Counted from the first letter of the stretch, positions 1 through 12,996 are shown. The stretch: DNA of 64,000 nt from Antechinus flavipes (GCF_016432865.1 NC_067401.1:207514001-207578000), one strand, 5' to 3'. Numbers and translations: made by a program. The notes: a model not told the origin generated them from the letters alone.

Positions 1-600
1 TTACATCATATCTATTATTCATTTCTAAATCCATACTTGCCTCCCCTTCTCCCCAGAGAACCATTCTTCTTTAGGAAAAATAATTTTAAAAAGAGATAAA
101 GGAATGAAAGATAATTCAGCAAAACTAAAAACCAATACATCAAAAGTCTGGTGGTATATAGAGTTCTATATCCATCGTTTCCCTTCTCTGTTTTCTTATT
201 TCTGGGGACAAGGTTGGTCATTGTAATTACATTTGGTGATTGTGTTATTGTTCATTTACTCTGCAGTTACTGTTAATGTATTATTTCCTGGTTCTGCTGA
301 CTTTAACCTACATCAGTTCCCCTAAGACTTTCAAAGCTTCTCCAAATTGTAAGTATTCTTACAGAGATGTAATATTTCATTCTACCCAGGCACTACTATA
401 GCTTGCCTAGTCATTCCCCTGCTGCGATCCATCTACTTTGTTCCTAGTTCCTTGCTTCTACAAAACATGCTACCGTAAATATGTTGCTGTGTAGGACTTT
501 TCTTTCTTTCTTTGACTTCCTTGGGATATACACTTAGCAGTGGGATTTCTGAATTTGGAACTGGATAATCTTAAGTCACCCTTTAGGTTAACTGCAAATT
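1..600 (-). mobile_element. Old L1 3' fragment (antisense)
   Basis: The 400-560 segment resembles the antisense marsupial L1 ORF2 end / 3'UTR (recalled consensus). Boundaries approximate. Confidence 0.5.
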
Positions 601-888
601 TCTGCAACACTAATTCAGTGTGTCCTTCAGGAAAGGCTTCAAGAACCTCAGTTTCCTCTTCTGGAAAGTTTCTTTTTTTTTTTTTTTTTTCCCTAGAAAT
701 ATTTAAATATTATTTTTTCCAATTACACATAAAGACAATTTTCAACATTTATTTTTTGAGAAAGGTTTTGAATTCCAGTTTTTTCTCCCTCTCTCTCCTC
801 CCCCGACAGCAAGAAATCTGACATGTATGATCTGACATGATGGTTCAATCATGTAACTCATTGGAAGGTTAGTTTCATAAGAACTGAA

Positions 889-922
889 ATGCAGCTGTAG
901 CTTATGGCCACTAGAGGGCACC
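889..922 (+). promoter_or_regulatory. CTCF site with upstream (U) motif
   Basis: TGGCCACTAGAGGGCACC at 905-922 is a near-perfect core; TGCAG starts 16 nt upstream at 889. Confidence 0.75.
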
Positions 923-1685
923 ATGCAGATACCCTGGAGTTAAGAATAGTTAATTATAACATATAACTAACATTTATCTGGCATTTACTATGTGCCAGGC
1001 ACTGTGTTAAGTGCATTTGGCAATAACCCTGGGACTGGAGACCTGTGTTCTATTTTATGTGTTATCTGTTAGCTCACAGAACCTGCCTCTTCATCTCAAA
1101 TTTTAACGGTTGTGATGAGACTCAGTTTTCATGAAAAACAGATTAATTAATAAATACAATAAACATTAGTTAAGTGCCAGCTATTTGCTGATCAAGTGGC
1201 TAGAGTACCATTAGGAAGACTTATCTTTCTGAGTGAATTCAAATCAGACCTCAGACACTTAGGAACTGTGAAGTCCTGAACCACACTCACCCTGTTTGCT
1301 CCAGTTCCTCTTCTATCAAATGGGCTGAAGAAGGAAATAGCAAACCACACCTGTCTCTTTGCCTAGAAAACCCAAATAGGGTCACAAACAGTCAGACACG
1401 TCTGAAAAAAAAGATTAAATAACCACAGTGATAGTCTGTGACTGACATGAATGAAAACTGAAAGTCTTCTTTTAAAGGAAGAAATTATAATCTTAATAGA
1501 ATAGGGGCTCTTAATCTTTTTTATACCTTAGATTCCTTCGGCAGTCTGATAAAGTCAATGGAACTCTTTTCAGAATTATGTTTTATTTTTATTTATGTAT
1601 ATATTATGTAATTGTATTCCATATTACTAATAATTATATATTATATGATAATACAATATTGCTATTTAAATTTAAATCTTAAAGA

Positions 1686-2367
1686 AAGAGACCCACATGT
1701 GCAAAAATGTTTGTGCCAGCCCTTTTTGTAGTGGTAAGAAATGTAAACCGAGTGGATACCCATTAGTTGGAGAAAGGCTGAATAAGTTATGGTGTATGGA
1801 TGTTACTGTTCTATTAAAAAACATCAGCAGGATGATTTCAGAGAGGCCTGGAGAGACTTAGATGAACTGATGCTAAATTAAGTGAGCAGAACCAGGAAAT
1901 TATTTACATGGCAACAACAATTATACAATTATACAATGATCAATTCTGATGAACATGGCTCTTTTCAACAATGAGGTCATTCAGGCCAGTTCCAATAATC
2001 TTGTGATGAAGAGAGCTATCTGTACCCAGAGGGAAGACTATGGATCACAACACAGCATTTTCACTCTTTTGGTTGTTGTTTGCTTGCATTTTATTTTCTT
2101 TCTCATTTTTTTCCTTTTTGATTTGATTTTTCCTGTGTAGCAAGATAACTGTATAAATATATATGCATATGCTGGATTTAACATATTTTTTTTTTACCAT
2201 GTTTAACATATATTGGATTACTTGCCATCTAGGGAAGGAGATGGGGGGAAGATGGGGAAAAATTGGAACACAAGGTTTTGCAAGGGTTAATGTTGAAAAA
2301 ATTATCCATGCATATGTTTTGAAAATTAAAAAGTTTTAAGAATAAAAAAATTAATATAAAAAAAAAA
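1686..2367 (+). mobile_element. 5'-truncated marsupial L1 (end of ORF2, 3'UTR, polyA)
   Basis: Typical dasyurid L1 3' sequence (acccacatgtgcaaaaatgtttgt...gaactgatgct...gcaagggttaatgttgaaaa) ending in an A-tail at about 2360-2367. Confidence 0.8.
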
Positions 2368-4588
2368 CCTCCTGCATCATAGGAACATAGAGTTAGAGCC
2401 AGAAGGTATATTGCAGGCTATGTCAGAGACAAAAAAAAAATCATAGCACAGGGAAGTTGTGCTTTGTAAGATCACAGAGTTAGGAAATGTCAGTGCCAGG
2501 ATTTAAGTTCTTTCCATTGCTCCAAAATTAAATAACAAAACACAAGGTAGGATGTGATTGGGAGGGAGGACAAATCTCCATGGTAGCTGTCCATCCAGGC
2601 CCTATAATGTGATATCCTTAGGACAAAATATTATGTAAATTGAACTACCTAGGAGAGGGATATGGGCAGAGGGGAGGAGACTCATGGCTGCCTATTCTTT
2701 AGACTTCTTTAGAGATTACACTTAGATTACCAGGAATGTTCTCAATTTTATAATCTGTTTATTCAGTTATTGTTTTTATTTGGGAGTAGTAGCACGTTAG
2801 GATGTGCCCGACAGAAAAGTGATATATTTTCCCTACATTTACTCTTGTTCTCCAGGAGAACTTTCAGAATAGTCATCTTTTTAAAAGGAACCAACATTTT
2901 TTTTTCAATTAGTCACAGTTAATAAGCATTTAATTTTTAATACTTTGTTTTTTCCCCAATAACATGAAAACAATTTTAACCTTCATTTTTTACAATTTTG
3001 AGTTTCAAATTCTCTCTCACACCTCCCCCATGACTGAGAAGGCAAGCAAACTTGATAAGTTATACATGTGCAGTCATACAAAACATTTCCATAATAAACA
3101 TTTATTAAGCACCTACTATGTATTAAGCTCTGGGGATAAAAAAAGATGCAAAAAAGGAAGTCAACAAGCAAATAAATTGTGTATAAACAAGCTATAAACA
3201 GGATAAATAGGAAATCCTTAACAAAGGGAAGGCTTCTTGTGGAAGGTGGGATTTTCGACAGGACTTGAGGGAAGTTAGAAAGTAGACATGAGAATGGGGA
3301 GCATTCCAGACATAGGGTCAGTCAGAACTGAGAAGATGATGTGTCTGGTCCAGTAATAAAGAGGCCAGTGCTTCTGGAGCACTGGAGGGAGTGGGGCTTG
3401 ATGACAGGAGGCTTCAAATGCCAAAAAGGAATTTGTATTTGATCTAGGAGGTGATAAGGAGGTACTAGAGTTTACTGAAGAAGGGGGTGCTTTCATCAAA
3501 GCTCAGTTTAGGAAAATCACTTTGACAGTTGAATGGAAGATGGATAGGAGGGGAGACATGTGGTGGGCAGATCTACCTACTGGTTATTGCAGAAGTCCAA
3601 GGATGAAATGGTAAGGGTCCTGTATCACAGTACTGTGATACAGTAGAGATGAGCAGGTAAGTAGCCAAGAGATGCTGTAAAGGCGAAACTGGAATCCCAA
3701 ATAGGGGAGGTCATTTTCAGTTATCAATAAGTCAATAAAAATGTATTAAGCATCTGCTATATGCCGGACTAATCTAGATGCTGGAACTACATAACAAATT
3801 AGTAAGAAACACATTTTTTCATAGAATAGCTAGATGATTCGGTGGATAGTTGGGGAGTCAGGAAGATCTGAATTCAAATGTAGTCTTAGATATTTACCAA
3901 CTCTGTGACCATGAACAAGTCACAACTGTTTGCCTCAATTTCTTCATCTGTTAAGTGAGCAAAGAAGAAAATGGCAAACCATTCGTGTCTTTGCCAAGAA
4001 AAGCTAAAGGAGGTCATAAAGAGTCAGGCTCATCCGACCAACCCTTCGATTTTCCCTTTATATTGCTCTGCTCAGATTAGAGAGAGGAAAGAACAGAGTC
4101 ACAAATAACCCCCAGAGATAATAATGCCCCAAATTCTTATTTAATTCCAGATTGCATCCTCTCCCTACCCTAAACAGTTTCCCCTTGATTCTGGCTGGTT
4201 CTGGCTGGTGTCCTAGCTCTGCCTTCCCTGGGGCCTGACAGACTGGGACAGGTGGCACAAATGTGTGTGTGTTCTGTGGAAGCTCCCAGAAGTGCCCCAG
4301 TCTGGGATGACTCACAAAGCAGAGAATAATAGAATTGGCTATCTCCTCTTATCTATGAGGAGCTTGGAAGGGAAGCAGGAGAGAAGACAGGAGACTCGGC
4401 CAAAGAGCTGAGAGGGACATAAAATCATAGATTTAAGCTAAAGGTCTTACAGGTGGGCCATCTAGGCCTCCCCACCCCCTGTATTTTTACAGAACAGGAA
4501 ACTGAAGACTAGAGAAATTAGCTTTTCCAAGATCTCACAGAACAGAATTTGAATGGTAGTCCTTTGACTCCAAATCCAGCCCTCTAGC

Positions 4589-4818
4589 CTGGGAGTTTTT
4601 AACCCAAGAATCCACAGAACAGGCCCAGAATGTGTGGCACTGACAGGTTTCAGGGTGTCTGTGAACTCAAAAGGAGAAGGGGATCTGAATTTTCATTGAC
4701 TCTTGTTTTCCTTTGTAATCTTTTATTCTATTATATGCATTTAAGTATATTATTCTGAGAAAAGTCCCTAGGCTTAACTAGACTGCAAAAGGTTTCCAGG
4801 ACACAAAAAAGAGCCCTA
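4589..4818 (+). mobile_element. Non-autonomous hAT-Charlie-type DNA transposon remnant
   Basis: Degenerate ends like CAGGGGTTCTTAACC...GGCACAAAAAAG...CCCTG, preceded by a ctctagc hAT-type target; family recognised from memory. Confidence 0.5.
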
Positions 4819-5639
4819 TTTGTAGTCCAACTCCTGAATTTTAAAAGAATGTTATCAATGTTGTTTGTTCTTATGTCAGTCTTTTTTGGAAACGACCCTG
4901 TTCCTCTTTTCCTGGTTACAAAACACAGTTGAGCAAAAACACTCAAAGAGATTGGGGCCAAATAGGCCCCAATGCTTGTTCTCTAGAACCAATGCTAACC
5001 CTCAGATCTCCTGATAGATTTATTCCTGTTCTTTTCCTTTGCTGCATGTGCTCTGTCCCGGTTCAGAGGAAATTATGTTAGCCCTATGCACTAACCCAAC
5101 CTGGAGAGACTCCTTTCTGGTACCCCATGGACTAGCCTCTCCATGATGTAAAACATGATGCAAAGCCAAGAGTCCCATGATAAGTAGAAGTTCAGGCCTG
5201 AGCAAAAGGAGCCAGAATGACAAAGGACAGTCAAGTCAGATGCACAAGTATTGCTTAGGTCTGGTTCTAGGCTGCAGACCCGCTGCTAAAAGCGGCAGTC
5301 CCTCTCTCCAGAGCTTCCAGGCTCCTGGGGTGAAACTGCACACCGCTGCATTGGATTCTGTCTCCCCACCTCTCTCTGAGCGTCAGTGTGTTTCGCTCCC
5401 TCCTCCCCCCAACAGAGGATAACCTCAAAGGGAAAACACAGCCTTAAGGGGCTGCTGAGAAAGGTTTCTTGCAGGTGAGATGGTTGCTGAGAGTTGGAAG
5501 CAGCCAAGGAATTGAGGAGGGAGAGCATTCTAGGCATGGGAGCAACCAGAGAAAGTACCAGGTCTAAGAGACAGTGTCTAGTTGGGGGGATAGCCTGGGG
5601 ATCGTTGGGAGTAAAATGAAAAGACTAGAAAGGTACTAC

Positions 5640-6480
5640 AGAAAAGGGCCTTGGGCTGGGTAAAGACCCAAGCGCGGACAGCCCGGGACTCGGCCCTCGG
5701 GTCCGGCTGTAGCCACCCCAGAGTCGAAGGCAGGCTCCTTTAGAACATACTGGCTGACCCTCCTTTACCCCGCCCCGCGCGAATCTTGCTTCTGCCACGG
5801 ACTCGCTGTGTGGCCCTCCGCGGGCCTCAGTTTCCTCCTGGAACAAAAACCGAGCTGGGTCTGACGACCTTCCCGCTCCGATATTCGGCGGAGCTGGCTT
5901 ATTTGCACCGTCATACTTCGGGAGACGGCGGCGCCCAGCTCGTAGCCCGCGTTCCTGCTTTGCCAGCGCCGAGGACTCCGGAGACAGACCCTCTCAGGCC
6001 TCCTCCGCTCCTGCCCCCCGAGAGCCCTTCCCCAGGTCATGGACACATCTTCCCGGGCTGTGCCCATACCATTCCCCTCTATCTCCAGCACCTAGAAACT
6101 CCCAGAACTTTGCGTCCTGCTACTGTCCTTGAGAGGAAGAGGGAGGGAAGGAGGGAGGGGCCCGCGTCACTGTCCTCATTTCGCTGTGGGGGAAGGGGGA
6201 GGCGCTCCGAGGTGCCCTCCCCTGGAACCCCATCTTTCCTCTATGACATCAGCCTTGGATTAACTCACAAAGGTCCTGAGGCTCCCCCTTGAGGACATTG
6301 GGCCTCACTGCAACGAGCTAAATGGGTCATTTTGATCCCTAGGGCTACTTTAGGGCCGGCTGGTTTCATTTCTTCAGGCTAGCTCCCTAGCAGGAAAAAG
6401 GAACTAAGGCATAAAGATGTCTCAACGATCCAGCTCCGCTTTCCTTCTTTTTGGCGCCCGCCTTCTGGCATGCGCAGTCT
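5640..6480. promoter_or_regulatory. Orphan CpG island (promoter- or enhancer-like)
   Basis: CpG-rich in CpG-poor flanks; GC box near 5767, E2F TTTGGCGC 6450-6457, NRF1-like GCATGCGCA 6468-6476; no recognisable coding exon attached. Confidence 0.65.
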
Positions 6481-8277
6481 CACCCCAATATGTTGCCTCT
6501 CTCATGTTCCAATTCCCTAGAAGCTGGCTCTGAGCTGTCTATTCATTCATCTCGTCATTAAAGTAGGCCTCTTTTACCATCCACTCTCCAGGTATCAAGT
6601 GCAGGAAGATGAGGGTGAGATTCTTAAGATCTGAGTAGGTCTTGGTCAGTTTGAACTCAGTATGTGTTTGTTGAATCGATTATCATCTCCTTTTAAAATT
6701 CTTCCTATTTTTCCTTATGGATCGATCAGTAATACTCCCTTATTACTGTACCAAAACATTGTATTCATGTGCCATCATTTGTTTAGCCATCTCCAAGTCG
6801 GTGGACATCTACTTTATTATTAGTTGTTTTTAAAATTGTGTAAGAAATTTTGCAACAGCACCAAGAAAATTTTTACATAATTCACTCTTTAATATCCTGA
6901 TACTAGTGAGTTTTTTCAATCTAATTTTATTACAAACATCCACTAATAGACATTTCATGCACATCCATGAAATCATCCATTGCCACAGAATAAGAAGCAA
7001 AACTTCTCTCCAAAAGACCACAATGCAAAAATCTGACCAGAAATAATAGAAGGGTAGAAGGTGGGACAATGTCATTCTTCTTGCGAAAACTGTATGATAA
7101 TAAAAAGGAGTATACTTTTCTCTTAGCTGTATATGCCACAATATAGAAAGATGAGGGGATGGATAACTCACTCCTCTGGACAAAACTGACAATAAAAAAA
7201 GAGTATGCTATTCTCTTAATTGTACATGGCACCTTGTCAAAAATTAACCAGAAATAATAGACAAAAGGGTGAGGCAGGTTGGGGTGGAGGAATGCTGTGG
7301 CAAAATCACTTCTCAAAACAAATTTGGAATTGTAGTGTAATCCTCTCTCATGCCTGAATTAACCTAAAGAATGCTTTCCCCCTCTTCTCCCTCCTCAGAA
7401 TAGAATAATAATAATAATGGCTCACACTTATGTAGCATTTTAAGAGTGGAAATTCAAGTGCAAACTTTGCAAACCCTAAGTTGTTTCATAAGTATGAATG
7501 ATTATTATTATTACCTTGGAGAGATGAGTCTTACAGGCTTTTCAGCAGCATAATATATTTCAGTATTTTCACACAGTTAACAGAAAAGTCCTTACTGATA
7601 AAACTGGGTCCCTCCTGCTTTATCACCACATATACTCACATAGACTGCACTGATTGCCTCTTGCTTGGTATGATGATCTGGGTACAAGATGTGACAAAGA
7701 CTTGCCATATCTGGTTGTGGGAGAGGGGTGATGACAAAACTTCAGCCACTCCTGCCCAAATACTCTGACAAGCCGATAGGAACACACCTGACTAGATAGG
7801 GAAGAAATGTGAAGTAGAGAAGGTTTTGGTTTGGGGGCCCTATTACCTCTTCTTTTCTTCCTGTCTCACCCCACTAGGTGCCTCCTCAATGTTCCAATTA
7901 CAACTGGGAACTTTGATCTGAGCTGGTTAGAAACTAATCCATGCTAAAAATGGTCATTAAAATATAATCTCTCTTCAGCAGGTATTTTTATTTGAATGGA
8001 GGGGGGGCTTCATTGTTCAGATCATTTCAGCCTTGTCTGATCTCTGTTACCCTATATGGGGTTTTCTTGGCAAAGACAATGGAGTAGTTTGCCATTTCCT
8101 TCTCCAGTTCTTTTTCCAGATGAGGAAACTGAGGCAAACAGGGTGACATGACTCATCCAGGATCACACAATTATCATCCAAGGTTGTATCTGAATTCTGG
8201 AAGATGAGTCCAGATGCTCAATCCACTACAACTTTCAGGAACAAAGAAAAGCTTTGGAAAAAAAAAAAAAAATGAAA

Positions 8278-8435
8278 GGAGGCAGCTAGGTGGCACAGTG
8301 GATAGAGCTCCAGCCCTGAAGTCAGGAAGACCTGAGTTCACATGTGATCTCAGATACTGCTGTGATCCTGGGAAGGAAAGTCACTTAACCCCAATTGCCT
8401 CAGCAAAAAATAAATAAACAAACAAATAAATAAAA
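8278..8435 (+). mobile_element. WSINE1-type tRNA-derived SINE
   Basis: GGCAGCTAGGTGGCACAGTGGATAGAGC head (A box), GAGTTCA B-box region, (A/TAAA)n tail. Confidence 0.8.
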
Positions 8436-9542
8436 ATTATGAATGTCTAGGGATGAAATTGAAAATCTAATACAAGAGACATATAGGGGAGGAGGGAGAA
8501 GGAAGTCTCTCTAGAATTCCTCAAATCAGACCCTTTGCATTCTTTTTCAAAACCTTCAATAGCTCCTCATTACCTATATGAAAAAAATAATTTCTCACTT
8601 TGCCACTTAAGGTCTTTTGTTATATCTGTCTTTCCAGTCTTATTCCATACTGCCCTTCCTCACAAATTTTATCTTCAAATCAAACTGGATTACTAGCTGT
8701 TTCCCAAACTGGACATTATGTCTCCAGCCTCTTACCATGATATTCCCCCATAGCTAGAGTATATTAATCTCAAATCCCTTGGGAAACTTTCCCTGACTAT
8801 ACCCCCACTTCTAATCCCAACCTCAATTTATCTAGTATATACTTAAATCTGCATAGCTATAACGAGGAGAAGTAACTTTATTTCAGTGTAGGAGTATTTT
8901 TATTTTAACTTAAAAAATTTTTTTAACATTCTTTTTATTTCTTGGAGTTCAGCACACTGCTTGGTACCTGCATACTTGTTTAATTGAATTGAACTAAATT
9001 CTTGAGGGGAAAGAGACAATGGGGTTATAGGTAATAGTTATCATGGTCCAGACCTTGGAATTAGAAAGGCCTGAGTTCAAATCCAGCCTCTGACCTTGTA
9101 TAGCTCAGCTCTCTGGATACTTCTCTGTATTTCAGGAAATACACTCTTCCTACTACTACTACTACTAAATTAGAATTTAGCTACTAAATCACAGTCATAG
9201 ATTGCTATTTATGGTGCAGGGAGTATCCACACCAGGTTCCCTAGATGATGAAATTATTGATCTTGCAATCATTCCTATATTACATATAACAGAGGCAAAA
9301 CTTCTCTCCATAAGACCATACTGCCAAAATCTGACCAGAAATAATAGAAGGGTAGAAGGTGGGACAATGTCATTCTTTTTCAAATCAGACTTGTTGATAA
9401 CAACTGTGGTAGAACCATTAAAAAGTAAATGAAGAGCTAATTGTAGTATCCCACTTTTGTAATTGTCAGATTAGGAGTTCTGAACTGCTATGGGCTAAGT
9501 CAATCAAGTGTCCACACTAAGTTGTCTTAGGAAAAAGAAAGA

Positions 9543-9707
9543 NNNNNNNNNNNNNNNNNNNNNNNNNNNNNNNNNNNNNNNNNNNNNNNNNNNNNNNNNN
9601 NNNNNNNNNNNNNNNNNNNNNNNNNNNNNNNNNNNNNNNNNNNNNNNNNNNNNNNNNNNNNNNNNNNNNNNNNNNNNNNNNNNNNNNNNNNNNNNNNNNN
9701 NNNNNNN
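9543..9707. other. Assembly gap
   Basis: Run of N. Confidence 1.
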
Positions 9708-10394
9708 GTAAAGAACATGGTGTTAAGATAGCTCTTGGAGTAGTTAAGATAGCACATAATAAGCAGTATATGTTATATATCATCATCATCATTATACCTC
9801 ATCCCACTCCCTCTCCAATAGATTATCAGCTACTGGAAGGCTGGGATTGTTTTGTTCTTATACATCAACATCTGGTACTATGCCTTACACAATAATAAAA
9901 TAATATTATATGAACTAATAAAAAGTGAAATAGGCAGAATCAGGAAAATGTTTTCCATAATCATAGCACTGTAAGTGGAATTAACAATAAAAGGAAACTG
10001 AATACTAGAAAATTATAATGACCAAGTTTGACCCCAGAGAAGAGAAAAATGTATCTTGTGCTGAGGAGGTGAAATTTATGTTTGTGAAATTTGCTGTTTG
10101 AAGTCTGCTGATTAGTTTTATTGATTGTTTAAAAAATCTATGTCACTAGAAGGTTCTCTGGATAGGAAATGGGGTCAAAGATGTATTTGGAAATCAATGT
10201 TATTTTAAAAATAGATAATGTGAAATACTTTGCCAACTTTAAACAACTATATTGCACCAGTTATTTTTATTACTGTTATTATGTTTGCTAAGTTTGAGGT
10301 CTTTGAGCTAAACAAATGGCTTTCCTGACCTCTGTCTCACAAATTATCTGATCTTATATAAGAGCTTTGATTCATCCTCAAGCAATATTAAGTC

Positions 10395-10612
10395 CTTGCA
10401 CACTTTTTGGTCTGAGGATCTTTTTACAATCTTAAAAATTGCTAAGTTCCTTCTAAAGAGCTAACCCCAAAGAGTGGATTTACCTATCAGTATTTACCAT
10501 ATTAAAAATTAAAATGTCTTGGAATAATTATAAAAATATTTTGACCACATAGACCCCTAAAAACATCTTGAAGACTCCTGCAGGTCTCTGAATCACACTT
10601 TGAGAACCAGGG
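10395..10612 (+). mobile_element. hAT-Charlie-type MITE, degenerate; same family as 56316-56517
   Basis: Ends CACACTTTGAGAACCA; the internal sequence aligns by eye with the reverse complement of the 56.3-kb copy. Confidence 0.55.
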
Positions 10613-11649
10613 CTACAATTTGCTTTATGATAGTAACAGCTAGCATTTATATAGTACTTTACATTTTGTAAAGCACTTTACAAATATTATCTCATTTGGT
10701 TCTTACAGCAGCCTTGGTAGGTGGGTGCTATCATTATCCCTATTTTATAGACAAGGAAATGATTTTCCCAGTTAGAAAATGTCTAAAGCCAAATCTGAAT
10801 TCAAGTCTTCCAGACTCCAGATCCAGTGCTTTATCACACTGAGTCAATTAGCTGAGAATGTATGGATTCATTTAGCCTTCATAGTGCCAGTGAAATATTT
10901 TGGAGAGTAAGAAAGGTCTATTAAGTTACCCTCTTTTTAGCATGCTCTCTCCCTAGCCTTTAATCTCTCACTGGAATAACCTGGATTTGAAACTTTGATA
11001 CAGCAATTAAATAACATGGTGAATTGTGGCCCTTATTTAGAGTTGGAAAGACCGGAGTTCAAATTCTGTTCATTCATGTAACAATGGGAGAAAACAAAAC
11101 AAAACACCACTACTATCACCACCACCACCATCAAAACCTCTCTCAGACTAGTTTCTCCATTCATAAAATGGAGAAAATAGTACCTATCTCTCATGGATGT
11201 CAGGAGGATCAAATGAGATAATATATATAAGATGCTTTACAAATCTTTAAATTGCTAAATAAATGTTTTTTTTATCATCATCATGATAATTATTATTATT
11301 TTTCCTACAGGGACTTCTAATATATCTAAAAGTGTTCCATTTTCATGTTCAAAACTAAAAAAAAAGTCCTTTATCTGATCAGTGTTTTGTTATTCTATCT
11401 TTGGAAGAACCTGACAACCCCTAACATTGTTCTTTGTCTTCACTTTGATTTTTAGTTACTTCCCCTCTCGGTTCATTGTCAGGCTAGTTCCCTTGTACTG
11501 GCTATATTTTCTTCCCTTCCTTATCTTGATTGCTTGGTGAATCAGTTTAACTCTAGACTCAAATCCCTTGTCCTATCCATGATACCACCTTACCAAACTT
11601 GTTTTCAATTAATCATTGACACACACTGGTCGTCTTTACTTCTATTTAT

Positions 11650-11835
11650 TTGCAGCTATTCTCCCTCTTTTTCTCTCTTCCTTTCTCTTTTTCTATTTCT
11701 TCTCTCCCTCTTTTCTTCCTTTTCTCTCTTTTTTCTATCCCTTTCTCCCTCTTTTTCTCTCTTTTTTGGTTTCTCTTTTTTGTTTTTCTCCTTTCCTCTT
11801 CTTCTTCCTTTTTCTCTCTCTCTCCTTCTTCCCTG
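11650..11835. repeat. CT-rich low-complexity tract
   Basis: Almost pure C/T run. Confidence 0.8.
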
Positions 11836-12996
11836 CTGCTTATGTCTTCTCCATCCTTATAAAAATCTTTACTTGATCTTGCCATCCCTGCTAGCTATCC
11901 CTGGGGGAAAAAAATCCAAACCATATACACTCATTGCTTCCCCCTTCATTTCCTCTCCTCTCACTTCCATCTAAACCCTTAGCAGGTAAGACTGTCTCAC
12001 AGCATTTAATGCTATTGATCATTTTTACTTCCTAGATATTTTTTCTGGGATTTTTTACCTGTTTTCTTGGTTCTCTTCCTTCTCAACTACTCCTCAGCAG
12101 CCATTGCTGTTTTTTCTATGCCTATAGTGCCCACTAATTGGGGGACTCTGTCTCAGGCCTTCTTCTCTCTCATCACCTTCCATGGGCTCAACAATCATTT
12201 CCACAAAGAGGATTCTGAAAGCTGTATATCCAGACCTAGTTCATCTCCTGAGTTCCAGTCTCATATCTACAACTGCCTTTTTAAAATCTTGAGTGGTCCC
12301 ATAAGTATCTGAAACTCAAAATGCTAAAAAATGAACTCATTCATGCCCAATCCTGAAATCTTCTCTTCCAAATTTTATTATTACTGTAGAGAACGCCACC
12401 ATCTTTCTGATCACCCAGACTTTGTTCTTACATAATCCATTGCCAAATCTTATCATTTCTACCTTCATAACTCATATATGTCATGTTTTTTTTCACTCAC
12501 AGAGCCATTGTCCTATGGGTATCAGGCCTGAGTTTGGAAAACCTGAGCGGCCAAATCTTGCACAGATACTTTTTTGCATAATCCTGTAACTTCTCACTTG
12601 GATTATTGTAGTGATAGCACTATAATAGCCAAAGTGAATTTTTCTAAAGTGATTTGACCATGTCACCTCCCTACTCAATAAACTCCATTAGAATTTTTCC
12701 AGGAAGCCTCCAGGATCCTCCTGGATCAATGTTACCTACTTACCTCCAGGATCAAATATAAAGTACTTTTATATTTAAAGCTCCTTATATACTGACCACT
12801 TCCTACCCTCTCAGTCTTGTTATACTTTACTCCCTTCCACAAATTCAATTATCCAGCAACACTGACTTTCTTGCTGTTCCTCCTTTACACAGGAAATTGT
12901 TGTTCAGTCACTTAAGTTACTTCTGACTCTTTGTGATCTCATTTGGGGTTTTCTTGGCAAAGATACTGGAGTGGCTTCCTCCTCCAGTTCATTTTA

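Noticed and set aside
5416-5474. Exon-like 59-nt segment with strong acceptor (ctcccccc aacag) and donor (CAG|GTGAGA)
   Set aside because: No partner exons and no recognisable peptide; such pseudo-exons are expected by chance.
5892-5941. Resemblance to the conserved ends of vault RNA (GCTGGCTT...TACTTCG...GAGAC...CCAG)
   Set aside because: No intact A or B box, no central region, no T-run terminator, and not at a known vault locus; most likely chance.
4278-6108. One-mismatch HSE-like triplets (nGAAn-cTCCc-aGAAn) at 4278-4292 and 6094-6108
   Set aside because: One-mismatch triplets are expected about once per 5 kb by chance.
5786-6292. 168-aa ORF and other long ORFs over CpG islands (15.7-16.3, 18.0-18.5, 27.8-28.9, 39.1-40.0, 46.5-47.8 kb)
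   Set aside because: Pro/Gly/Arg low-complexity products of GC-rich, stop-poor DNA, often with near-cognate starts; no domain recognised.
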